Assembly (NCBI GenBank): GCA_963978095.1 | Contig: CAXBQP010000004.1 | Span: 1-64,000, forward strand | Direction of reading: 5' to 3' | Length of the DNA stretch: 64,000 bases | Origin: an uncultured bacterium | GTDB taxonomy: Bacteria; Gemmatimonadota; Gemmatimonadetes; Gemmatimonadales; Gemmatimonadaceae | Part shown: piece after piece, positions 12,174 through 21,001 of the stretch | Layout of the letters: every line of letters begins with the position of its first letter | How positions within the stretch are numbered: position 1 is the stretch's first letter | Made by a program: the position numbers and the translations under genes | The notes under the pieces: model-generated | What the model was told of the DNA's origin: nothing | Database searches by the model: none | The model's input: only the letters and a program-made list of their open reading frames with translations

Positions 12174-13328
12174 ATGAGAATGCTTGTGCTCGGCGCCGGG
12201 CTTCAAGGGTCCGCATGCGCGTTCGACCTCCTGCAACAACCCGCGGTGTCCGAAGTGCGCCTTGCGGATCGCGACTTCCGTGCTCTCCCGGCCTTCCTGA
12301 CACCGTATCGCACGGATCCGCGTCTGGTGTTGGTCCCTCTCGACGCCCAAGACTCGGCCGCGGCCCGGCAGGCGATGCAAGGCGTCACGTCGGTCATGTG
12401 TGCCCTGCCGTACTACTTCAATCTCGAGATGACGCGTGCCGCCGTCGCGTGCGGCGTTCATTATTGCGATCTTGGCGGCAACACCGGGATCGTGAATGAG
12501 CAGAAGGCGCTCGATGCCGACGCCAAGGCCACGGGGGTCACGGTCATCCCCGATTGCGGGCTCGCGCCGGGAATGGTGAACATCCTCGCCCAACTGGGCA
12601 TCTCGCGCTGCGAGAGGACAGAGAGTGTGCGGATTTTCGTGGGCGGGCTCCCACAGGCGCCCGACGGCCCGCTCAAGTACCAGATCGTGTATTCGCTCGA
12701 AGGGGTGCTCGACTACTACACGACGCTCAGCTGGATCGTGCGCGATGGCACGCGGATGGAAGTACCGGCGCTCAGCGAAGTCGAGCCCGTGCACTTCGAA
12801 GCGCCCGTGGGAGAACTCGAAGCCTTCCACACGGCCGGTGGATTGAGCACGATGGCGCAGCGCTACGAGGGGAAGATCCCCTCCATGGAGTACAAGACGC
12901 TGCGGTATCCCGGCCACGCACACATCATGGCGGCAATCCGGGAGCTGGGGCTGCTCGATCTCACGCCGGTCGATGTGAAGGGGCAACAGGTCGTCCCACG
13001 AGATCTGGCAGTCGCGGTGATGGGGCCCAAGCTCCGCAAGCGAAACGGACGTGATCTCGTCGCGCTTCGGGTGGTGGTGCGTGGTATGCGGCACGGTGTG
13101 CCGATCACCCATTCGTGGGAGCTCGTCGACCGGTACGATGAAGTCCGCGGGATCACGGCCATGGAACGAACCACGGGCTATTCACTGGCCATCACCGGGC
13201 TGTTGCAAGCGAGCGGCGTGGTCGCCCCGGCTGGCGTGCGCACACCGGATGAGGCCATCCCCGGTGATCGGTACATTGCGGAACTCGCCACGCGGGGTAT
13301 CATCATCCGAGAGTCGGTCACCAGCTGA
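12174..13328 (+). CDS. Saccharopine dehydrogenase family protein (lysine 6-dehydrogenase-like)
   Basis: LGAG, YCDLGG, CGLAPG, LEAFHTAGG, YKTLRYPGH, AMERTTG. Confidence 0.9.
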   Translation: MRMLVLGAGLQGSACAFDLLQQPAVSEVRLADRDFRALPAFLTPYRTDPRLVLVPLDAQDSAAARQAMQGVTSVMCALPYYFNLEMTRAAVACGVHYCDLGGNTGIVNEQKALDADAKATGVTVIPDCGLAPGMVNILAQLGISRCERTESVRIFVGGLPQAPDGPLKYQIVYSLEGVLDYYTTLSWIVRDGTRMEVPALSEVEPVHFEAPVGELEAFHTAGGLSTMAQRYEGKIPSMEYKTLRYPGHAHIMAAIRELGLLDLTPVDVKGQQVVPRDLAVAVMGPKLRKRNGRDLVALRVVVRGMRHGVPITHSWELVDRYDEVRGITAMERTTGYSLAITGLLQASGVVAPAGVRTPDEAIPGDRYIAELATRGIIIRESVTS

Positions 13329-13388
13329 CGCGTGACCCTCGTGCCGGCGCGACGGCCGGAATCACCAGTGGTCCATCGGAGGCGATGC

Positions 13389-14318
13389 ATGCAGGGAGGC
13401 GAGGGGGAGACGAAGCGGGTCGTAGGTGCCGTGACCGTGCTGGCCGCGCTGACGCTCGTGGTATCCGCCGCCGCCGCGCAGAGCGCTCCGGTCAAGCACA
13501 CCGTGCTGTCCGATGGACATCCCATGGCGCTGTGGGAGAAGCGGGCGGCCAAACCGAGGCGCGCGATCGTCCTGCTTCACGGGCGGACGTGGAGCGCGCT
13601 CCCCGATTTCGACCTGCAGGTTCCTGGTGAGCATCGATCCCTCATGGACGCGCTGGTGGCCAAGGGGTATGCCGTGTATGCCCTCGATCTGCGCGGCTAC
13701 GGCGGCACGCCACGCGATGCGTCGGGGTGGGTGAATCCGAATCGCGCCGCGGCCGATCTTGCGGCAGCCGTGGACTGGGTGGCGACGCAGAGCGGCGTTC
13801 CCGGAAAGCCGACGCTCTTCGGCTGGTCCAATGGATCGACCGTGGCGCACCTGATGGCGCAACAACATCCCGAGCTGATTTCGTCGCTGGTACTCTTCGG
13901 CTACTGGAAGGATCCCGACTCGCTGAGTGTCAGCGGGCCTGATACGCTGGTGCCCAAGCGTGCCGCGACGACCGCGAAAGCGGCGGCCTCGGATTTCATC
14001 ACGCCGACCATCAGTGCCCGCGCGATCGACGTCTACGTGAAGGCCGCGCTCGCTGCGGATCCGGTCCGTACCGACTGGCGACGGATGGAAGAGTACAACG
14101 CGCTCTCGCCCGCCAAACTCACGGTCCCCACGTTGCTGATCACCGGCGAGCATGACCCGCTGGCTCCCGAGGCATCGCAGCGCAAGTTCTTCGATCGTCT
14201 CACCGTGAAGGACAAAGCGTGGGTGACGATTCCGAAGGGCGATCATGCCGCCCTGATCGAGGACATGCAGCCGGAGTTCGTGCGGGTGATGACCGCGTTC
14301 ATCGAGCGGAAGCGCTAG
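13389..14318 (+). CDS. Secreted alpha/beta fold hydrolase
   Basis: GGAGG before ATG 13389, signal peptide, LLHG, DLRGYG, nucleophile elbow GWSNG, GEHD, GDH. Confidence 0.85.
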   Translation: MQGGEGETKRVVGAVTVLAALTLVVSAAAAQSAPVKHTVLSDGHPMALWEKRAAKPRRAIVLLHGRTWSALPDFDLQVPGEHRSLMDALVAKGYAVYALDLRGYGGTPRDASGWVNPNRAAADLAAAVDWVATQSGVPGKPTLFGWSNGSTVAHLMAQQHPELISSLVLFGYWKDPDSLSVSGPDTLVPKRAATTAKAAASDFITPTISARAIDVYVKAALAADPVRTDWRRMEEYNALSPAKLTVPTLLITGEHDPLAPEASQRKFFDRLTVKDKAWVTIPKGDHAALIEDMQPEFVRVMTAFIERKR

Positions 14319-14345
14319 ACACAGCCCCCTCCTGGAGACCACGCC

Positions 14346-15158
14346 ATGTTTCGCATTGCCGCCGGTGTCCTGGCGATCAGCGTGCTCGCGGCATCGCACG
14401 AGGTGCGTGCACAGGGACGGACCCTGCGCGTCGTGTCGACACAGGGGACGCCCATCCCGTTCGCCACGGCGTGGATCGAGGGCGGCACCGCGCGCATCGC
14501 CGACTCGACCGGCACCATCGCCATCGGGAATGTGGTGCCTGGCCCCCTGAAACTGGAGGCGCGGCGGTTGGGATTCCTGCCGTTCACCGGGACGTTCGTG
14601 GTCGCTGACACCACGCGGGTGCTCACGGTGACGCTCGAGGCTGCGGTGAACCGCTTGGCGCAGGTGGAGATCATCGAAAAGAAGATGCTGCCGCTGGGGA
14701 TCCAGGGCTTCTATCGGCGAGCGCTGGAGCGGCAGAAGGGCGCCGGGAGCGGCTGGTTCCTCGGCCCGGAGGATATCCAGCGGCGCAATCCGAATCTTGC
14801 GACGGACGTGCTGCGCGAGTTTCCCGGGCTTCAGTTCAGGCGCGACCCGGCGACCGGGACCGTGGCCGCGGTGGACATGATGGGCTGTGAAGTGACCGTG
14901 GTGATTGACGGGGCGGTCATCAACCCGCAGCCCGGCAAGAAGTCACAGAGCATCAGCGCGGGTTCGATGGCACGTGCGGGGGGACGATTCGAGGCGGCGA
15001 CGGCCAAGAACACCGTGAGCGTCGATTCGTATCTGAGTCCGGAAGCGCTGGTCGCCGCCGAGTTCTACCGGCGCGGCGCGAATGTCCCGATGGAGTTGCA
15101 AGGCAACGACATGTCCTGCGGCCTGCTCGTGCTCTGGACAGGTGGGCGGAAGCCCTGA
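14346..15158 (+). CDS. Secreted carboxypeptidase-regulatory-like domain plus TonB plug-like domain protein, no beta-barrel
   Basis: Signal peptide, GTPIPFA...ARRLGF beta-sandwich, then DVLREFPGL...VIDG...EFY...CGLLVLWT plug-like region ending at the stop. Confidence 0.7.
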   Translation: MFRIAAGVLAISVLAASHEVRAQGRTLRVVSTQGTPIPFATAWIEGGTARIADSTGTIAIGNVVPGPLKLEARRLGFLPFTGTFVVADTTRVLTVTLEAAVNRLAQVEIIEKKMLPLGIQGFYRRALERQKGAGSGWFLGPEDIQRRNPNLATDVLREFPGLQFRRDPATGTVAAVDMMGCEVTVVIDGAVINPQPGKKSQSISAGSMARAGGRFEAATAKNTVSVDSYLSPEALVAAEFYRRGANVPMELQGNDMSCGLLVLWTGGRKP

Positions 15159-15160
15159 GG

Positions 15161-16756
15161 TTACCGGCTGAAGCTCGCCAGTGCCACACCCATCTGATCC
15201 ATCGAGTCCTTGGCGCGCCAGCGGTCGCGGCCGTTGTAGATGAACGAGAAGGCCAGCAGCTCGCCGGTCTTGCTCGTCACGTATCCGCCGAGCGAGGCCA
15301 CGTCGTTGGTGGTTCCGGTCTTGGCGTGGAGATTCCCCATCGCGGAAGTCCACTTCATCCGCTTGCGCAGCGTCTCGGTGCGGCCCGCCACGGGGAGCGA
15401 CGCCTCGAACACCGGCCCCCAGGCCGTCTTCTTGGCGTAACTGAGGAGCTGTACCATGGCGCGCGGGGTCACACGGTCGAGCGTCGACAGTCCGCTGCCG
15501 TCGGCGGCAAAGACCGCCTGCGGCGCGGTTCGCACTTTGTCGGTGAGGAAACGGCTCAGCAACGCATTGGCGTTCTCGGCGGTCCCTGCATTCCCGGCAC
15601 CGTGGGCGACATCGCGAAAGAGCAACTCGGCGAAATGATTGTTGCTCTCGCCGTTCATTTGCGTCACGATCTTCTCCAGCGACGGCGAGGCCACGCTCGT
15701 GACGCGGGGCGCGTCGAGCGCGGCGCGTCCGGCCCGGACCGTCGCGCCGTCGACGTTCACGCCCCGGGCGACGAGTGCCGCGCGCAAGGCACCCGCCGCG
15801 AAGAGCTCCGGTCGCTCCACCACAAAGTACAGATCGCGTGGTGAAGCCAGGCTGCCCATGGTTCCACGGACGATCATCGTGCCCGTGGAGTCCTGCTTGA
15901 AGCTGATGCGTGACCCGCGCCCCCCCTTCTCGATCTTCACCTCGTTGCTGATCGGCAGTCCGCTCACGGCCGGATGGAACGACACCGACGCGTGATCGCC
16001 CTCGGGGCGCACGATCATGGTGATCTTGTTCTCGTTGAAGCTCAGCGCCGAGACGCGCGCGGCGTAGCCGGCGTGCAGGTAGTTCTTCTTCCAGCCGTCG
16101 GGAATTCGGCGTTCTTCGAACGCGGAGGCGTCGGCAATCACGGTGCCGGTGACCCGGCGGATCCCCGCATCCGCGATCCGGCGTGCCAGCGCCTCCATCG
16201 GAGGCTCGCCGGCCTCATCGGTGGCTTTGCCGGCGAGCATCGGGTCGCCCGCGCCGCGCAGAATCAGGTCGCCGCGCAGAATGCCGTCGGTGCCGATCGC
16301 GCCGGCGCGCAAGACTTCGGTATCGAAGTGTCCCGCCGCGCCGAACCGGTCGAGCGCCATCGCCGACGTGAACAGCTTCATGGTCGATGCCGGCAGGAGC
16401 TGGTCGTCGCCATGGTGGGTGAACAGGGTGTCGCCGCTCGACAGGGAGACGACGATCACTCCCCACTTGCCGCTGTTGCCGGAGCGGGTCAGGACGGAGC
16501 GAAACTGCGCATCGAGCGCATCGGTCCCTACCGGGCCCACCGCGCGAACCGACGTCTTGCCGGGCGTGGGGGTGGCGGATTTCGGCGCGGCCTTGCTGCT
16601 CTTCTTTGCTTTCTTCTTGACCTCCGCGGGCTTGGCGGCTCGCGCACCATCAGCGGCCATCGTCGCTCGCGACGAGGCATACTGGACCGGGGGCATGGCC
16701 CCGAGATGGATCGGGAGGGCCAGCGCCAGCAGGGAAGAAAAGATCACGCGGATCAC
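15161..16756 (-). CDS. dacB: D-alanyl-D-alanine carboxypeptidase/endopeptidase (PBP4, peptidase S13)
   Basis: PASTMK (SxxK), SNN, DGSGLS, KTGT. GTG 16756 overlaps the upstream TGA; the 802-aa ORF is over-extended. Confidence 0.92.
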   Translation of the reverse strand: MIRVIFSSLLALALPIHLGAMPPVQYASSRATMAADGARAAKPAEVKKKAKKSSKAAPKSATPTPGKTSVRAVGPVGTDALDAQFRSVLTRSGNSGKWGVIVVSLSSGDTLFTHHGDDQLLPASTMKLFTSAMALDRFGAAGHFDTEVLRAGAIGTDGILRGDLILRGAGDPMLAGKATDEAGEPPMEALARRIADAGIRRVTGTVIADASAFEERRIPDGWKKNYLHAGYAARVSALSFNENKITMIVRPEGDHASVSFHPAVSGLPISNEVKIEKGGRGSRISFKQDSTGTMIVRGTMGSLASPRDLYFVVERPELFAAGALRAALVARGVNVDGATVRAGRAALDAPRVTSVASPSLEKIVTQMNGESNNHFAELLFRDVAHGAGNAGTAENANALLSRFLTDKVRTAPQAVFAADGSGLSTLDRVTPRAMVQLLSYAKKTAWGPVFEASLPVAGRTETLRKRMKWTSAMGNLHAKTGTTNDVASLGGYVTSKTGELLAFSFIYNGRDRWRAKDSMDQMGVALASFSR

Positions 16757-17910
16757 ACCTTGAATATGATGTTCTTGCGCCAAAGCGCCCAGAGGATACC
16801 GTACCACAACAGCACGAAGCAGAGCGCGAAGGCCAGCGAGGCCACCCGGGGTTCGAACCACGGGCGGAACACGGTCTGGTATACCACGGCCTGGACAGCG
16901 GTCTGTTTGCCGTGGAAGTCGACCTTCCACAGGGTATAAATCAGGCGCGCCATCATCCCTGAACCCACGAAGGCGATGATGGGATTCACTCCATAGATGA
17001 CGAGCGGAGGGGTCCACCACGTAACGCGCTGGACGTCGATGATCCATGAAATCGTGGCCAGGATCACGCAGGCCATGCCGGCGGTGAAGATGACGTAGGA
17101 GCTGGTCCAGAGCGATTTGTTGATCGGGAACGACCAGTGCCACATCAGTCCCACCATCATCCCGAGCGCGCCGACGGCGAACAACCCGTTCAGTCGCTCC
17201 TCGAGCGGGCGCTGCTGGGCGAGCCACCGCCCGGTGAAGACCCCCAGCATGGCGGTGCCGATGGCGGGGATGGTGGACAACGGACCTTCCGGATCCCAGG
17301 TCTTGGAGCTCACCCATAGATGACCGTCGAGGAGCAGCCGATCCGTCCAGGCCGCCAACGTGCGGGGGGCCGCGTCCAACAGGTTCGCCCCGATGCCACC
17401 GTCGGCCCCGGGAACCGGAATCAGCGTCATGGCGAACCAGTAGCCGTAGAGCAGGGCGACCAGCACCATCACCTGCTGTTTGAGGGTGCCGCGCATGGTG
17501 ATGAGCGCCGAGAGGGTGTAGGCCACGCCGATGCGCTGGAGCACCCCCGGGATACGGACATGCTCCCACCGTGCCATGTCATAGAACGGAAAGACCGCGA
17601 CCATCAAGCCGAATCCGACGATCATGACCCCGCGTCGGATGATCTGGCGCTGGATGTCCGCGTCGCTGGCCCCGCGCGCGCGCCGGGCGGAGAGCGAGAG
17701 GTGGGTGGTGATCCCCGCGATGAAGAGGAAGAACGGGAAGATCAGGTCGGTCGGCGTCCATCCGTTCCACGCGGCGTGTTCCAGCGGGGGAAAGATCGCG
17801 CCCCACGTGCCCGGATTGTTGACGAGCAACATGCTGGCGACGGTGGCGCCGCGAAACACATCGAGCGCGAGCAGACGTTCGCGAGAGGCTTCAGCGTTGG
17901 CTGTGGTCAT
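16753..17910 (-). CDS. HGSNAT/NagX-like membrane acyltransferase (DUF5009 type)
   Basis: RLLALDVFRG, LVNNPG, HAAWNGWTPTDLIFPFFLF, GVLQRI, DPEG, INKSLWTSSY. Confidence 0.9.
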   Translation of the reverse strand: MTTANAEASRERLLALDVFRGATVASMLLVNNPGTWGAIFPPLEHAAWNGWTPTDLIFPFFLFIAGITTHLSLSARRARGASDADIQRQIIRRGVMIVGFGLMVAVFPFYDMARWEHVRIPGVLQRIGVAYTLSALITMRGTLKQQVMVLVALLYGYWFAMTLIPVPGADGGIGANLLDAAPRTLAAWTDRLLLDGHLWVSSKTWDPEGPLSTIPAIGTAMLGVFTGRWLAQQRPLEERLNGLFAVGALGMMVGLMWHWSFPINKSLWTSSYVIFTAGMACVILATISWIIDVQRVTWWTPPLVIYGVNPIIAFVGSGMMARLIYTLWKVDFHGKQTAVQAVVYQTVFRPWFEPRVASLAFALCFVLLWYGILWALWRKNIIFKV

Positions 17911-18021
17911 GGCGCGTACAAGTATGTCGACGGCATGGAGGAAACGCGAGCCGAGGCAATGCCCTTCGGGCGCGGGGGGCTCGGCGGCCCGGCTGCGCCG
18001 TTCGGTGCTCCCCGAACGCCG

Positions 18022-18057
18022 ACGAGCCGACCACACCCGAAGGTGCGATCGACTCGT
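18022..18057 (-). terminator. Long UUCG-capped hairpin after ctaF (terminator or 3' stabilising stem)
   Basis: Minus-strand ACGAGUCGAUCGCACC-UUCG-GGUGUGGUCGGCUCGU, 16 bp with three G-U pairs; no U-tract. Confidence 0.55.
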
Positions 18058-18082
18058 GCATAAGCTCTAAGGTGCTGCGAAG

Positions 18083-18397
18083 TCAGAGCTTATGAAACAG
18101 CAGCAGGAGTGCGGTGATCGTGAACATCGCAATCAGGAGCGGTCCAACGAAGAGGGCGACGAAGAGGCGATTGTCGTACTTGAGGTGCATGTAGTAGGCG
18201 ACGACGATCGCGAACTTCACGGCCGACATCACCAGCAGGGCCGGAACGAAGGCGCTGGAGGCGACGAAGGCCGGAATGTAATAGGCCCAGACTTCGATGA
18301 TCGTGATGGCGAAGAGGACGAGGGCCACCCACTTGTACTGCTTCCAATCCGGGTGCTCGTGGGCGTCGTGCGTCGAATGCGAGGCGTGATCGCTCAT
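18083..18397 (-). CDS. ctaF: Cytochrome c oxidase subunit IV
   Basis: Three TM helices, KFAIVVAYYMHLKYD, last gene of the cta operon. Start at MSDHASH. Confidence 0.88.
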   Translation of the reverse strand: MSDHASHSTHDAHEHPDWKQYKWVALVLFAITIIEVWAYYIPAFVASSAFVPALLVMSAVKFAIVVAYYMHLKYDNRLFVALFVGPLLIAMFTITALLLLFHKL

Positions 18398-18407
18398 GGT
18401 CGTCGGC

Positions 18408-19073
18408 CTACTGGATGAGGTAGATGAGCGTGAAGATGGCGATCCACACCACGTCCACGAAGTGCCAGTACAGCGCGCAGATATCGACCACGAGGGCATC
18501 CTTCGGGGTCAGCCCGCGCTTCATGTCGATGGCGAGGAGCGTCAGCAGCCAGAGCACGCCGACGGTCACGTGCGCGCCGTGGAAGCCGGTCAGGGTGAAG
18601 AACGACGACCCGAACAGATTGGTCGTGATCTTGAGCCCTTCGTGCACGAACGAGGTGAACTCGAAGGCCTGGAAGCCGAGGAAGACGGTGCCGGCCAGCG
18701 CGGTGGTGAAGAGCCAGAACTTGGAGTTCCCCTTGAGCCCGTCGTAGCCCGGCTTGCCGCGATTCTCGACGGCGGCCAGCGCGAGCACCATGAACAGCGA
18801 CGACATCAGCAGGACGAACGTCGAGGCCGAGGTGACGGGGATGTTGAGGATCGGCTTGAACACTTCGCCGGACGGCGACGTCCAGGCCTCGTGCGGGAAG
18901 GGGCCGACGCGTGAGCGGCCCTTGTAGATCAGATACGTCGAGATGAGCGATGCGAAGAGCATGCACTCCGACCCGATGAACGCCCAGACGGCGATCTTCC
19001 GGTTGTCGAGTCCGGTGGTCGTGTAGTGCACGTGTTCGTGATCGTCGTGCATGGCAGCAGTGGCAGTGGACAT
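18408..19073 (-). CDS. ctaE: Cytochrome c oxidase subunit III
   Basis: WAFIGSECMLF, TGFHGAHV, LYWHFVDVVW. Confidence 0.95.
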   Translation of the reverse strand: MSTATAAMHDDHEHVHYTTTGLDNRKIAVWAFIGSECMLFASLISTYLIYKGRSRVGPFPHEAWTSPSGEVFKPILNIPVTSASTFVLLMSSLFMVLALAAVENRGKPGYDGLKGNSKFWLFTTALAGTVFLGFQAFEFTSFVHEGLKITTNLFGSSFFTLTGFHGAHVTVGVLWLLTLLAIDMKRGLTPKDALVVDICALYWHFVDVVWIAIFTLIYLIQ

Positions 19074-19089
19074 GGGTTCGGTCTCCGGG

Positions 19090-20982
19090 TTACTCGAGCG
19101 GGCTGAACAGCCACGCGTACAGCGAGCCGATCAGGAGGGCCGCGCCGCTCAACGAGACCGCCATCGCGAGCGCGAAGTGGTCGAGGTGGATGAACATCAG
19201 GCCACTGAACATGACGACGATGCCGACCGCGGTCAGGAGGGGCTTGACCGTGTTGAGCGGCATCGGGATGCCGAGTTCGGCCGCGGTGTGGCGTTCGGTC
19301 TCTTCGCGCAGCGGCACGGCGTCGGCACTCGCGATCTGTGCCTTATCCGCATCGGCATGGGCGGCGCCGGAGCTCATCTCGGGGTGCTTGAGATCCCACA
19401 GCGGCGAGCGCGAGGTCACGACCGGGATGCGCGCGAAGTTGTACTCGGGCGGGGGCGAGGGGATGCTCCACTCGAGCGTCGCCGCTCCCCACGCGTCCTG
19501 CGGGGCGGGGAGTCCGCCCTTCCGGCTCTTGAGGAAGTTGATGACGAAGACCGCCGTGGCGATGATCAGCAACAAGGTGCCCAGCGACGAGGCGAGGTTG
19601 AACTTCTCCCATCCCTGGCCGGCGTCGTAGGTGTAGATGCGGCGCGGCATGCCGAGCAGCCCGCTGAAGTGCATCGGGAAGAACGTCAGGTTCATCGCGA
19701 TGAACGTCAGCCAGAAGTGCCAGGTGCCGAGCGCTTCGTCCATGTAGCGGCCGAACATCTTCGGGAAGTAGAAGTAGATGCCGGCGAAGATGCCCATCAT
19801 GGAGCCGCCGAACAGCACGTAGTGGAAGTGCGCCACGACGAAGTACGTGTCGGTCTGCTGCAGGTCGGCCGGGGGCGAGGAGTGCATGACGCCCGAGATG
19901 CCGCCGATCGTGAAGAGCCCGATCAGGCCGATGGCGAACTTCATGGCGGCGACGAAGCGGATCTGCCCGCCCCAGAGCGTCGCAATCCAGTTGAAGATCT
20001 TCACGCCGGTCGGGATGGCGATCAGCATCGTCGCCATCGAGAAGAGCGTATCGGCGACGGCGCCCATGCCCACCGCGAACATGTGGTGGGCCCACACGCC
20101 GAAGCCGAGGAAGCCGATCATGATGCCCGAGTAGACCATCACGTTGTAGCCGAACAGCGGCTTCTTCGAGAAGGTCGGGAGGATCTCCGACACGAGTCCG
20201 AAGGCCGGGAGGATCAGGATGTACACCTCGGGATGGCCGAACACCCAGAACAAGTGCTGCCAGAGCAGCGGGTCGGCGCCCTTGGCGATGTCGTAGAAGG
20301 AGGTGCCGAAGAACCGATCGAACAGCAGGAAGACGAGCGCGATCGTGATGGCCGGGAAGGCGAGGATCAGGAGGAACTGCACCACGAACGACATCCAGGT
20401 GAACATCGGCATGCGCATCAGGGTCATCCCCGGGGCGCGCATGTTGATGATCGTCGTGATGAAGTTGAAGGCGGCGGCCAGCGAGCTGATGCCCAGGATC
20501 TGCAGGCCCATCACCCAGAAGTCGATGTTCGCGCCGGGGGAGAACTGGTTCGTCGTCAGCGGGGCGTAGCCGAACCAGCCGCCGTTCGGCGCGACATGGA
20601 AGAAGATCGGGAAGGTGATGAACACCGCACCGAGCACGTACACCCAGTAGCTGAAGGCGTTGAGGCGCGGGAAGGCCACGTCCCGCGCGCCGATCTGCAG
20701 CGGGATCAGGTAGTTGAAGAACGCGGCCGAGAGCGGCATGATGGCGAGGAACACCATCGTGGTGCCGTGCATCGTGAACAGCTGGTTGTACATCTCGGCG
20801 CTGACGATCGCCTGGTTCGGCTGGGCGAGCTGCCAACGGATGAGCCCCGCTTCGAGTCCGCCGAAGAGGAAGAAGAAGAGGGCGGTGAAGAGATACATCG
20901 AGCCGATCCGCTTGTGATCGACGGTGGTGATCCAGCTCCAGATGCCAGTCTGCTCGGGAGCGGAGGAGGCGTAGGTGGCCAT
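19090..20982 (-). CDS. ctaD: Cytochrome c oxidase subunit I (type A1)
   Basis: DHKRIG, TMHGT, WVFGHPEVY, WAHHMF, HFHYV, GMPRR; two extra C-terminal helices. Confidence 0.97.
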   Translation of the reverse strand: MATYASSAPEQTGIWSWITTVDHKRIGSMYLFTALFFFLFGGLEAGLIRWQLAQPNQAIVSAEMYNQLFTMHGTTMVFLAIMPLSAAFFNYLIPLQIGARDVAFPRLNAFSYWVYVLGAVFITFPIFFHVAPNGGWFGYAPLTTNQFSPGANIDFWVMGLQILGISSLAAAFNFITTIINMRAPGMTLMRMPMFTWMSFVVQFLLILAFPAITIALVFLLFDRFFGTSFYDIAKGADPLLWQHLFWVFGHPEVYILILPAFGLVSEILPTFSKKPLFGYNVMVYSGIMIGFLGFGVWAHHMFAVGMGAVADTLFSMATMLIAIPTGVKIFNWIATLWGGQIRFVAAMKFAIGLIGLFTIGGISGVMHSSPPADLQQTDTYFVVAHFHYVLFGGSMMGIFAGIYFYFPKMFGRYMDEALGTWHFWLTFIAMNLTFFPMHFSGLLGMPRRIYTYDAGQGWEKFNLASSLGTLLLIIATAVFVINFLKSRKGGLPAPQDAWGAATLEWSIPSPPPEYNFARIPVVTSRSPLWDLKHPEMSSGAAHADADKAQIASADAVPLREETERHTAAELGIPMPLNTVKPLLTAVGIVVMFSGLMFIHLDHFALAMAVSLSGAALLIGSLYAWLFSPLE

Positions 20983-21001
20983 GTGAGTTCTGTCCTCGCG
21001 C

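Noticed and set aside
15161..17569. 802-aa DacB ORF
   Set aside because: The N-terminal extension overlaps the acyltransferase in another frame; a coupled GTG start at 16756 gives a signal peptide.
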